This document shows positions 1-8,120 of a stretch of DNA of 60,700 nt, piece by piece. The stretch comes from Clostridia bacterium. Lineage in GTDB: Bacteria; Bacillota; Clostridia; DUPQ01. Within the stretch, counting starts at the first letter, position 1. Each line of letters starts with the position of its first letter. The translations under genes and the position numbers were made by a program. Under the pieces are notes generated by a model. It was not told the DNA's origin and did no database searches. It saw nothing but the letters and a program-made list of their open reading frames with translations. The DNA is taken from positions 1-60,700 of the forward strand of contig JAFGQE010000025.1 of the NCBI GenBank assembly GCA_016935835.1, written 5' to 3'.

Positions 1-261
1 CGCATACCGCGCTGTGTCATAAAGGTAAAAAAACAGAAGAGAATGTGGGGAAGCTGCAATACGGGCGGGAGGATCTATATCAACTCAAGGATATCGATGT
101 GCCGTCCCGAGGCGGTTGAATATATTCTGTGGCATGAAATAAGCCACCTTGCGCATATGAATCATTCAAGGGATTTCTACAGATTGCTCGAATCATACTG
201 CCCCGGGTATAAGATGCAAAAAGCATGGCTTAGGGCGAATGCGCCATATCTCAGGATATGA
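1..261 (+). CDS. DUF45/YgjP-like zinc metallohydrolase, C-terminal fragment (5' end outside window)
   Basis: Frame 1 is open from base 1 (RIPRCVIKVKKQKRMWGSC...). It contains the WGSC box and an HEISH (HExxH) zinc motif typical of the DUF45/M48-related family. Stop at 259-261. Confidence 0.75.
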   Translation, partial: RIPRCVIKVKKQKRMWGSCNTGGRIYINSRISMCRPEAVEYILWHEISHLAHMNHSRDFYRLLESYCPGYKMQKAWLRANAPYLRI

Positions 262-327
262 AGGCGTCATATATGCTGTTTCCGGCATATGGCGGGCTCC
301 CTGACGGGGTATGGCCGCCAAAGGTGG

Positions 328-356
328 TTGCATAAATAACCATGGTTATATAAAAT
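328..356 (+). promoter_or_regulatory. Putative SigA-type promoter (TTGCAT-17 nt-TAAAAT) upstream of the GT39 gene
   Basis: ttgcat at 328-333, 17-nt spacer, taaaat at 351-356. The spacer contains the palindrome TAACCATGGTTA. Confidence 0.45.
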
Positions 357-391
357 AATCAGGGACTCATTCGGTTTTGCGGGGTATCGGC

Positions 392-2155
392 ATGGATAAA
401 AGAATCAGAAAAAAGGATTATGTCATAATGCTCGTGATGACTGTCGTATATTCTGTCATCGCGTTCATCAATCTGGGTTCTCTGAGCGCCCCGGTAAACG
501 GGTACATCGCCGATGAAACAGGGCAAAGCGTCATGGTTTTTTTCGAGGAAAAAGCAGATTTATCAAGGGTGACATACTACTGCGGCGCAGCCGGCGACTG
601 GTATGGCGTCGGCCGCCTGGAAGTTGAATATGTTGACGGGAACAACAGGTTTGCGGATCTGTGCACATTGGATAATCCCGACAACACAATTTTCAAGTGG
701 CTCTTTCGGGATGTTGAGACAACGACCTCGGCCGTGCGCCTGACCGCGGAGCAATATTATGATTCGGAAAAAAACATAAGCGGTATCAAAGGAGAATTCC
801 TTGAGGTTGCATTTTATTCAAAGAACAGCGATATGCCGGTGCCCATTGAAAGAATAGAGTTTCTTGATGAAAATTCAGCCGGCATGGCAAGGCTTTTTGA
901 CGAGCAGGAAGAAGCCGTTTATGAGCCGTCCTTCATGAACAGCACATATTTCGATGAAGTTTATTTCCCAAGGACAGCCTATGAATATATGGTCAGGATA
1001 AATCCTTATGAGAATACGCATCCTCCGCTTGGCAAGATAATGATACTGCTGTCTTACAAGATCTTCGGGGTCAATGCCTTCGGGTGGCGCTTCATGGGAA
1101 CGCTGTTCGGCATATTCATGATTCCTCTTATGTATATATTCGGGAAAAAGGTCTTCGGGGATTCGTTCCTCGCATTCTGCTGCGCATTCCTGATGATGTT
1201 CGACTTCATGCACTTTGTGCAGACGCGCATAGGCACCGTGGACGGATACCTTGTATTCTTTATAATCATGATGTTCTACCATATGAATGAGTACTTCATG
1301 AGGAAGTCATACGACCTCCGGTTCATGCCGTCGCTGAAACCGCTGCTCCTGTGCGGCATTTTCTTCGGGCTGGGAATTTCGGTGAAGTGGATAGGGCTTT
1401 ACGCGGGGCTTGGCCTGGCATTCATGTTCTTCACTTCAAGGATCCTTGAATACATTGATTACAGGCGGGGGAAGGTTGACGTAAAAGGGTTCAGGCTTAA
1501 ATACATATGGGGAACGATGGCGATGTGCCTGCTGTTTTTCATTGTGATACCGCTGGCGATATATTCGCTTTCATACATTCCGGTATTTCGGGCCATCGAC
1601 AGCAGCGACTGGCTGAAGGACCTCCTTGGAAGCCAGAAGCATATGTTCGTGTACCACAGCGGGGTTACACAGACCCATCCGTATGCCTCGACATGGTGGC
1701 AGTGGCCGTTCATGGTAAGGCCCGTATACTATTACCTGGCGCCGGTTCTTGAGGAAGGCCAATGGGGAAGCATCGCTTCATTCGGAAACCCCGCCGTGTG
1801 GTGGGGAGGTCTCGTCGCATTTTTCTGGACGGCCTGGCTTGCGTTCAAAAACAAGGACAAGGGGGCCGTGTTCATTTTCGCCGGATATCTTTCAATTCTT
1901 CTTCCATGGGCGTTTTCACCCAGGAAGATTACTTTCCTGTACCACTATTTCGCCTGTGTGCCGTTTTTGATATTTGCGATTGTATATGTTATGAGACATC
2001 TGCTGGAAAATAACAAAAGAGCCAGGACCGGAATATACATTTTCCTTGGCCTGGTCATGTTGCTGTTCATCGTCTTCTATCCGTCGCTTACCGGTATAAA
2101 GGTTCCCGAATGGTATACCAAGAGCCTTCGATGGCTTCCTTCGTGGTTTTTCTAG
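392..2155 (+). CDS. GT39/PMT-type phospholipid-carrier-dependent glycosyltransferase (polytopic membrane protein) with an N-terminal extracytoplasmic insert
   Basis: ATG at 392 (MDKRIRKK) inside ORF 377..2155. After TM1 comes a soluble segment of roughly 150-170 aa ending ...GEFLEVAFY. The GT39 loop motif YFDEVYFPRTAYEY follows, then about 10 hydrophobic helices. Confidence 0.8.
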   Translation: MDKRIRKKDYVIMLVMTVVYSVIAFINLGSLSAPVNGYIADETGQSVMVFFEEKADLSRVTYYCGAAGDWYGVGRLEVEYVDGNNRFADLCTLDNPDNTIFKWLFRDVETTTSAVRLTAEQYYDSEKNISGIKGEFLEVAFYSKNSDMPVPIERIEFLDENSAGMARLFDEQEEAVYEPSFMNSTYFDEVYFPRTAYEYMVRINPYENTHPPLGKIMILLSYKIFGVNAFGWRFMGTLFGIFMIPLMYIFGKKVFGDSFLAFCCAFLMMFDFMHFVQTRIGTVDGYLVFFIIMMFYHMNEYFMRKSYDLRFMPSLKPLLLCGIFFGLGISVKWIGLYAGLGLAFMFFTSRILEYIDYRRGKVDVKGFRLKYIWGTMAMCLLFFIVIPLAIYSLSYIPVFRAIDSSDWLKDLLGSQKHMFVYHSGVTQTHPYASTWWQWPFMVRPVYYYLAPVLEEGQWGSIASFGNPAVWWGGLVAFFWTAWLAFKNKDKGAVFIFAGYLSILLPWAFSPRKITFLYHYFACVPFLIFAIVYVMRHLLENNKRARTGIYIFLGLVMLLFIVFYPSLTGIKVPEWYTKSLRWLPSWFF

Positions 2156-3378
2156 AACGTGGTCAGCTCATCGAATATCTTTATAGCAAAATGATCGGTC
2201 ATGGAAGACAGGTAGTCGATTATGGCGGTTATATAGTCTTCCCTCTCAGACAACCTGTAAAGCACGTTGTTCAGGAATCTGGGGTCTCTTTTCTCAAGAC
2301 CGCCCAGATCAGAGAACTTATACAGCTTGGCGATAAATGTCGAGCACATTTCAGGGTAGACATGCAGGTAATGGGAACGTATGTATTCGATGGTGCCGAT
2401 GCCTTTGTACATTTTGATCAGCGCGTTGAAAATTGATTCCAGGATCAGCTTTGCATAATCGTGGAATATCACCAGCCGGTCGTTGTTGTATATGTACTTG
2501 TAATTGAAATCCTTGATCTCACGGAGGAATTTAAGGTGGTCCTTGGAATAGTGCATTCCTTCCTCCGGCGAACTCTGGCTGCAAAGGTCCGTGACAAGAT
2601 GGTATATCATGGAGGTATTGTTGGTTTTTGAGATGTCTATGTTTGCGTAATCCTTCAGCATTTCCTCCAGAAGATGCTCGTGAGCTTCGTCAAGCACCTT
2701 CAGCCTCAGGGCATCCTCGATGTCCCTTCCGACATATGCGATGTTGTCCGCTATCTTGACGACGCAGCCTTCCCATGTATAAGGAGGAACATCGCCCGGA
2801 TTTGTCATATCCTCAAGGATCAGCATTTCATCCCGCGGGAAGAGGTTGTCGTCCTCCATTTCGCCGCAATGGCTGATTATTCCGTCCCGAACCGCATATG
2901 TAAGGTTAAGGTTTTGTTCGAATCCCTTGGAATTCTGAAGGGTCTCATATTGGTCGATGAACCTTAGGCTGTTTTTTTCATGACCGAAATCCCTGCCCAG
3001 GTGTTCGGTCGTTATTATGCTGATGAACCTTTCGCCTGAGTGCCCGAAAGGGGCGTGGCCGAGGTCGTGCCCGGTGGCTATTGCAAGCGCAAGCTCCTCG
3101 TTAAGGCCAAGATGCTTGCATATCGCTACCGAAATGGATGAAACATGGTTCACATGCTCCATTCTGGTGCATATGTGGTCGTTCTGGGTGGCGAAAAAAA
3201 CCTGGGTCTTGTGCTTGAGACGGCTGTATGCCCTTGAATGAAGTATTCTCGTGTAATCCCTTTCAAAGGGTGTCCTGATATCATCTTTTTTTACCGACAG
3301 GCTCCCGAATCTCCTTATGGCATTCTCATACTTGGGATTGCCCGGTACGGTTGCGTGGCCCTCGAAGGATCCGTTCAT
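2152..3378 (-). CDS. dgt: dGTP triphosphohydrolase-like HD-domain protein
   Basis: RTPFERDYTRILHSRAYSRLKHKTQVF, HVNHVSSISV and GHDLGHAPFGHSGE are the dGTPase/HD-family signature blocks. Start chosen at MNGSFEG (3378), which has GAGGGG 6 nt upstream and a TATAAT (complement of 3415-3420). The longer ORF to 3582 would overlap the divergent gene. Confidence 0.85.
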   Translation of the reverse strand: MNGSFEGHATVPGNPKYENAIRRFGSLSVKKDDIRTPFERDYTRILHSRAYSRLKHKTQVFFATQNDHICTRMEHVNHVSSISVAICKHLGLNEELALAIATGHDLGHAPFGHSGERFISIITTEHLGRDFGHEKNSLRFIDQYETLQNSKGFEQNLNLTYAVRDGIISHCGEMEDDNLFPRDEMLILEDMTNPGDVPPYTWEGCVVKIADNIAYVGRDIEDALRLKVLDEAHEHLLEEMLKDYANIDISKTNNTSMIYHLVTDLCSQSSPEEGMHYSKDHLKFLREIKDFNYKYIYNNDRLVIFHDYAKLILESIFNALIKMYKGIGTIEYIRSHYLHVYPEMCSTFIAKLYKFSDLGGLEKRDPRFLNNVLYRLSEREDYITAIIDYLSSMTDHFAIKIFDELTTF

Positions 3379-3404
3379 AACAATACCCCTCATCATTTGA
3401 TTTT

Positions 3405-3413
3405 TGATATAAT
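3405..3413 (+). promoter_or_regulatory. Extended -10 element TGATATAAT for the yfbR-like gene
   Basis: tgatataat at 3405-3413, about 40 nt upstream of ATG 3454. The same TGnTATAAT motif recurs upstream of tig, the ABC permease gene and the 698-aa gene. Confidence 0.45.
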
Positions 3414-3453
3414 GATTATATAACGATGGGCTGAATAATACAAAGGGAGAAGC

Positions 3454-4032
3454 ATGATGAGTAAAAACGGCTTTTTTGCCTTCATACACCGTATGAAATA
3501 CATAACAAGATGGGGCCTGATGAGAAATACGAGCTATGAAAATCTCAAGGAGCACAGCTTTGACGTAGCCGTGATCGCCCATGGACTTGCCCTAATAGGC
3601 AACAGCTATTACGACAGGAACTACAATGCGGACAGGATAGCCATGTGCGCCCTGTTCCATGATGCGAACGAGGCGATAACGGGGGACATGCCCACCCCGG
3701 TGAAATACGGCAACCCGGAGATAATGAAGGCCTACAAGGAACTTGAGGCGCAGGCAAAGAAACGGATTCTTTGCATGTTGCCCGGGGAGTTGGCGCCTGA
3801 ATACAAGAGTTATATGTATATAAGCGACAAAGATGAAAAAGCGGTCGTCAAGGCGGCCGACAAGATATCCGCGTATATAAAGTGCATCGAGGAGGAAAGG
3901 GCGGGCAACACCGATTTCTCAACCGCCAAGAAATCCTTGGAAAAAGCGATAGAATCATACGACATGCCCGAAGTAAAACACTTCATGAAAGAATTCGTCC
4001 CGGTGTACGGTCTCAACGTAGATGAATGTTAG
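3454..4032 (+). CDS. yfbR: HD-domain 5'-deoxynucleotidase, YfbR-like
   Basis: FIHRMKYITRWGLMRNTSYENLKEHSFDVAVIAH ... FHDANEAITGDMPTPVKY matches the YfbR-type HD hydrolase pattern. RBS AAGGGAG lies upstream. Confidence 0.8.
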   Translation: MMSKNGFFAFIHRMKYITRWGLMRNTSYENLKEHSFDVAVIAHGLALIGNSYYDRNYNADRIAMCALFHDANEAITGDMPTPVKYGNPEIMKAYKELEAQAKKRILCMLPGELAPEYKSYMYISDKDEKAVVKAADKISAYIKCIEEERAGNTDFSTAKKSLEKAIESYDMPEVKHFMKEFVPVYGLNVDEC

Positions 4033-4064
4033 TTGAATCCCCCGGCCTTGCCGGGGGATTCAAC
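4032..4064 (+). terminator. Strong 14-bp GC-rich hairpin overlapping the yfbR-like stop codon (no U-tract)
   Basis: gttgaatcccccgg / ccttg / ccgggggattcaac is a perfect inverted repeat. It is followed by aggcgc rather than a T run, so it is either an atypical terminator or an RNA-stability hairpin. Confidence 0.5.
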
Positions 4065-4251
4065 AGGCGCACCGGGATGTCAGTGGCGTACCGGAAAATA
4101 CATGGGTTTGAAAGATTTGAGGAACGCCACAAACGTCCGTGCGCAGCCGTTCTGCAGGTGTTTCAGGGGAGCCGGGGGATTCAACAGGGAAGCCGGGGAA
4201 TTATGCCGGCGCACCGGGACGTCGGTGGCGTACCGGAAAATACATGAGTTT
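4050..4251. repeat. Local direct repeat (two copies, composite of about 60-80 nt) in the yfbR-rplM spacer
   Basis: gccgggggattcaacagg occurs at 4050-4067 and 4171-4188. The 42-nt block cgcaccggga[t/c]gtc[a/g]gtggcgtaccggaaaatacatg[g/a]gttt occurs at 4068-4109 and 4210-4251 with 3 mismatches. Copy 2 carries a 21-nt insert (4189-4209) that includes a third, degenerate gccgggg-aatt box. Confidence 0.85.
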
Positions 4252-4386
4252 CGGTATAATCGGGGAAAGTATTTTTTAACAAAATAAAAAAAGTGAGACG
4301 ACGGCGGAGCATTTAAGAGTAAAACAACGAAAAACGGCGAAAAACGTAGCATATAAAAAGCATATTGAAATTATGGAAAATTATGC

Positions 4387-4415
4387 TTGACATGCCCTTG
4401 TGCATGTATTAGAAT
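4387..4415 (+). promoter_or_regulatory. Near-consensus SigA promoter TTGACA-17 nt-TAGAAT for rplM-rpsI
   Basis: ttgaca at 4387-4392, 17-nt spacer, tagaat at 4410-4415. An A-rich upstream tract (4320-4380) resembles an UP element. The promoter is about 55 nt upstream of the rplM ATG. Confidence 0.7.
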
Positions 4416-4470
4416 GTTCAGTGCTGACAACGGCATTGGATTTTTATATATAGGAAAGGAGCTTTCAGTA

Positions 4471-4905
4471 ATGAAGACAACAATGGCCAATAATGAAACC
4501 ATTCAAAGAAAATGGTTTGTGGTTGATGCTGAAGGACAAACCCTTGGAAGATTTGCAAGTGAAATAGCAAGCATACTCAAGGGAAAGCATAAACCTGAAT
4601 ATACGCCGCATGTGGATTGCGGGGATTATGTAATTGTTCTGAACTGCGAGAAAATCAAGGTAACGGGTAAAAAGGAATCACAGAAGGTGTACAGGCATCA
4701 TACCGGCTGGATAGGCAACCTGAAGGAAGTCAAATACAGCGATATGATGAAGAAACATCCGGACAGGATTCTTATCGAGGCTGTCAAGGGAATGCTTCCA
4801 AAGAACAGCCTTGGAAGGGATATGATCAAGAAATTAAAAGTGTATACAGGTTCAGAGCATAACCATGAAGCTCAAAAACCCGAAGTACTTGAATTTAAAT
4901 CTTAG
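4471..4905 (+). CDS. rplM: 50S ribosomal protein L13
   Basis: [52 protein letters not shown] is the canonical L13 N-terminus. GGAAAGGAG RBS before ATG 4471. The annotated ORF start at 4387 lies inside the promoter. Confidence 0.97.
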   Translation: MKTTMANNETIQRKWFVVDAEGQTLGRFASEIASILKGKHKPEYTPHVDCGDYVIVLNCEKIKVTGKKESQKVYRHHTGWIGNLKEVKYSDMMKKHPDRILIEAVKGMLPKNSLGRDMIKKLKVYTGSEHNHEAQKPEVLEFKS

Positions 4906-4923
4906 TGAAGGGAGGATATAAAC

Positions 4924-5319
4924 ATGGCAAACAGCGTTCAATATCAAGCGACGGGAAGAAGAAAGAAATCAGTGGCAAGGGTAAGGCTTGTGCCGGGAAA
5001 TGGCCAGGTAACAATTAACGACAGGAATATTGATGAGTATTTCGGTCTTGAGACACTAAAAGTTATTGTCAGGCAGCCTCTCACACTAACCAAGACGGAC
5101 GGCAGGTTCGACGTGCTTGTAAATGTCAAGGGCGGAGGGTTTACCGGTCAGGCGGGAGCCATAAGGCATGGTATATCCAGGGCTTTGCTGGAAGCCGGAC
5201 CTGAGATGAGAGCCGAACTGAAAAAGGCGGGATTCCTGACCAGGGACCCGAGGATGAAGGAAAGAAAGAAATACGGCTTGAAAAAGGCAAGGAAAGCACC
5301 GCAGTTCTCAAAGAGATAG
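4924..5319 (+). CDS. rpsI: 30S ribosomal protein S9
   Basis: [28 protein letters not shown] ... [19 protein letters not shown] ... [12 protein letters not shown] is canonical S9. GGGAGGA RBS. Confidence 0.97.
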   Translation: MANSVQYQATGRRKKSVARVRLVPGNGQVTINDRNIDEYFGLETLKVIVRQPLTLTKTDGRFDVLVNVKGGGFTGQAGAIRHGISRALLEAGPEMRAELKKAGFLTRDPRMKERKKYGLKKARKAPQFSKR

Positions 5320-5414
5320 GCGGCATGCTGATAACTGGCTTTATATAAGGGACGATGATTCCAGGTATAAGGCATCAATGACCGATGTAAGTTTCCATGG
5401 TGGAATAAGAGTGT

Positions 5415-5453
5415 AAAAAGGCTTGCGGCGTAATGTCTGCAAGCCTTTTATAT
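5415..5453 (+). terminator. Rho-independent terminator after rpsI
   Basis: aaaaaggcttgc / ggcgtaatgtct / gcaagcctttt followed by a T/A-rich tail. Confidence 0.7.
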
Positions 5454-5593
5454 AAGCAGGGACCATTAAACCGGCACCGGCCTTTGTTTTTGGGGGTTTC
5501 CATTTTATAACATAAAATTCATCACAAAATTCCGTCGGCGGCATGACCGTTGCAACGAACCGATTTCATGCGGTGATTTAAAAACCGGCAAGG

Positions 5594-5627
5594 AAAAAAA
5601 CCCCGGGTTTTTTTGCGCCGGGGTTTT
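5594..5627 (-). terminator. Rho-independent terminator for the minus-strand small membrane-protein gene (structurally bidirectional)
   Basis: On the minus strand: aaaaccccgg / cgcaaaaaaa / ccggggttttttt. It sits 13 nt downstream of the stop at 5640. Confidence 0.7.
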
Positions 5628-5639
5628 ACAGCCAGGATT

Positions 5640-5816
5640 CTATGCTCCCTTGAAGAGATTTCCGATTGCCAAAACAGCGAATGCAATGAGCGCCCACCAT
5701 ACAGGTGCAAACAGCAGGCTGAATGACGGAAGAACGACCATCAATAACGCAGCTACAGCTACAATCACTGCAATCAAAAAAGTTATGTTCTTGGGTGCTG
5801 ATAACTTGAATTTCAT
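5640..5816 (-). CDS. Small (58 aa) two-TM hydrophobic protein, function unknown
   Basis: MKFKLSAPKNITFLIAVIVAVAALLMVVLPSFSLLFAPVWWALIAFAVLAIGNLFKGA. AAGGAGG RBS 6 nt upstream of ATG 5816 and a terminator downstream. The upstream part of ORF 5640..5894 has no RBS. Confidence 0.6.
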   Translation of the reverse strand: MKFKLSAPKNITFLIAVIVAVAALLMVVLPSFSLLFAPVWWALIAFAVLAIGNLFKGA

Positions 5817-5943
5817 ATGATACCTCCTTATCAATGGATTTCCAATATGCCGGTGCCCTTGAACAACTGCTTTGAAATGGCGTTGAACAGACACAAAACA
5901 TGCGAAGGGGCAAGTATGATAAAACTGAATACGGGGACGCCGT

Positions 5944-6243
5944 TTACGTTTTCTTTATGCCGTGCACTATTGAATCTTGCACATCCTCAATCGTATATGT
6001 CCTTCTTCCGCCTTCTTCCGGCATTAATCTTATTGCCTTGGCCATTTCTTTATCTTCAAGGCTTTCCAGATATTCAATGATTACTGAAAGCCGTTGATAT
6101 TCCTTGATGGAAAAGAGAACGGCATCCGGCTGATTGTTTTTCAATATAAAAATCTTGCCGAATTCTTCTGCCTTTTCCTTGCACCTTTTGTAGTTTTGGA
6201 TCATTTCTGAGTTAGAGACAATTTCCCGCGCCAAAATTTTCAT
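5944..6243 (-). CDS. Phd/YefM-family type II antitoxin-like protein (no cognate toxin gene visible)
   Basis: The N-terminal half ...KAEEFGKIFILKNNQPDAVLFSIKEYQRL matches the Phd/YefM core (xVxITRNGKPxAVLxSxEEYExL). The C-terminal tail is charged. GAAAGGAAACAACA precedes the ATG. Confidence 0.65.
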   Translation of the reverse strand: MKILAREIVSNSEMIQNYKRCKEKAEEFGKIFILKNNQPDAVLFSIKEYQRLSVIIEYLESLEDKEMAKAIRLMPEEGGRRTYTIEDVQDSIVHGIKKT

Positions 6244-6514
6244 TGTTGTTTCCTTTCATCGATTCAGTACTATAATTAATCTTACTTCAATTAGGATAAA
6301 AAGTAAACAAATAATTATAAAAATATATAAGAATAAAATACAAATAAAATATATACAATTTTTTGGAGAAAATCGTTAAAAAAGTGAAATACGGCAATCG
6401 AATGCTCAAGGCGCTGATATTCACAGCCCGGGGGGATCGGAACATGGCATTATGGATTACACTTTATAGGCCAAGGTGGTAAAATATATTCGAGTAAAGT
6501 ATTGGAGGAATGAA

Positions 6515-7666
6515 ATGCTGTTGGTAAAAAATGGTTTGGTCTATACAATGAAGGAAAGGAACGGCTTCATGGGATACGTGCTTTCCGACGGAGGAAAGAT
6601 AACCGGGGTCGGCGACATGGCCGACCTGCCGAAGGGTGTTGAGAAAAGCTGCACCAAAGTAATCGATGCACGCGGAGGATATATCATGCCCGGGCTTATA
6701 GACGCACACTGTCATGTCGGGATGTGGGAAAACGGAATTGGTTTCGAGGGTTCGGACGGAAATGAAATGACGGACCCTGTCACTCCCCATATGCGTGCAA
6801 TTGATGGAATTTATTACAAGGACAGGTCGTTTACGGATGCCAGGGAAGCCGGGATAACAACCCTGGTGACAGGCCCGGGAAGCGCCAATGTAATCGGTGG
6901 GCAATTCGCCGCATTGAAGACATGGGGAAGCAGCATAGAGGAAATGTTGCTGAAGGAGCCGGTTGCGATGAAGATGGCGTTCGGGGAGAATCCGAAGAGG
7001 GTTTACCATGATCAGAAAAAAACACCTTCCACCAGGATGGCCACTGCCGCGGTGCTGAGGCAGGCGCTGATGGAGGCCAAGGCCTACAGAGAACGCCCCG
7101 AGGAAGAAAAAAACAAGGTTGATTTCAAGAAAGAGGCGCTTGCGAAGGTTTTTGACGGGCTTCTTGTGAAGATTCACGCCCACCGCGAGGATGATATACT
7201 GACTGCAATCAGAATCTGCAGGGAATTCGGCCTGAAATTTACGATAGAGCACGGGACCGAAGGATATATAATCAAGGATATCCTGAAAAAGGAAAATGTT
7301 CCGGTCATCGTAGGGCCCCTGCTTTCATTCCGCTCCAAGTATGAGCTTACGAACAGCACCATAAAGAACCCGGGGCTGCTGCAAAAGGCGGGAGTCAAGA
7401 CAGCCATAATGACGGATCATCACGTAATACCGATTCAGTACCTTCCGCTATGCGCCGGAGTGGCAGTGAAGGAAGGCATGGACGAATTGGAGGCCATGAG
7501 GGCAATAACCCTTTATGCCGCGGAAGTAACGGAGCTTGAGGACCGGATTGGAAGCCTTGAGGTTGGCAAGGATGCCGATATAGCGGTGTTCGACGGGAAT
7601 CCCCTGGAGGTCATGACAAAGGTGATTGCCACGGTAATTAATGGTGAAGCAGTATATGAAAACTAA
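6515..7666 (+). CDS. Amidohydrolase-superfamily metal-dependent hydrolase
   Basis: MLLVKNGLVYTM..., PGLIDAHCHVGM (HxH metal site) and a C-terminal GSLEVGKDADIAVFDGNPLE block are typical of the family. GGAGG RBS before ATG 6515. Confidence 0.8.
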   Translation: MLLVKNGLVYTMKERNGFMGYVLSDGGKITGVGDMADLPKGVEKSCTKVIDARGGYIMPGLIDAHCHVGMWENGIGFEGSDGNEMTDPVTPHMRAIDGIYYKDRSFTDAREAGITTLVTGPGSANVIGGQFAALKTWGSSIEEMLLKEPVAMKMAFGENPKRVYHDQKKTPSTRMATAAVLRQALMEAKAYRERPEEEKNKVDFKKEALAKVFDGLLVKIHAHREDDILTAIRICREFGLKFTIEHGTEGYIIKDILKKENVPVIVGPLLSFRSKYELTNSTIKNPGLLQKAGVKTAIMTDHHVIPIQYLPLCAGVAVKEGMDELEAMRAITLYAAEVTELEDRIGSLEVGKDADIAVFDGNPLEVMTKVIATVINGEAVYEN

Positions 7667-8120
7667 GAAATTCGCTTTCTGTACCCTTGACGAAGCCGGG
7701 ACCGAGGAAGCCGGCAGGCGGCTTGCGGGGACAGTGAGGGGAACAATATGCCTTGAAGGCGAACTGGGCGCGGGAAAGACCGTATTCGCAAGGGGCTATG
7801 CCCGGGGTCTGGGAATCACGGACTACATCACCAGCCCGACTTTCAATATAGTGAATGTCTATGAAAATGACGGAATGATCCTGAATCATATGGATGCATA
7901 CAGGATAACTGACCCCGGGATGCTTGACGACATAGGTTTCCGGGAGATGCTTGGCGACGGCGGGACAACACTGATTGAATGGGCGGACCTTATACCCGGG
8001 GAAACGGTCGGATTCGATGCGTATGTCAGAATATTCCATGGGCATGGCGAAGGCAGGCGAATCATAATGATTGAAGGCAGTCCGGCGAAAATAAATGAAT
8101 ATACGGCGGAAAGCATATGA
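7656..8120 (+). CDS. tsaE: tRNA t6A37 biosynthesis ATPase TsaE (YjeE)
   Basis: Walker A GELGAGKTVFARGYARGLGI followed by SPTFNIVNVY...HMDAYR is the TsaE signature. The start could also be 7641. It overlaps the upstream stop. Confidence 0.88.
   Translation: MKTKKFAFCTLDEAGTEEAGRRLAGTVRGTICLEGELGAGKTVFARGYARGLGITDYITSPTFNIVNVYENDGMILNHMDAYRITDPGMLDDIGFREMLGDGGTTLIEWADLIPGETVGFDAYVRIFHGHGEGRRIIMIEGSPAKINEYTAESI

Noticed and set aside
4210-4230. A possible guanidine-II (mini-ykkC)-like hairpin, caccg-ggacgt-cggtg, in repeat copy 2.
   Set aside because: The loop is GGACGT (the palindromic GACGTC), not the conserved ACGR tetraloop. Copy 1 (gggatgtca) cannot form the same hairpin, and no transporter gene follows it.
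4026-4352. Three overlapping ORFs (73, 84 and 90 aa) drawn across the yfbR-rplM spacer.
   Set aside because: They read the two copies of the direct repeat in different frames, have no RBS, and start inside the terminator hairpin. The region is better explained as a non-coding repeat.
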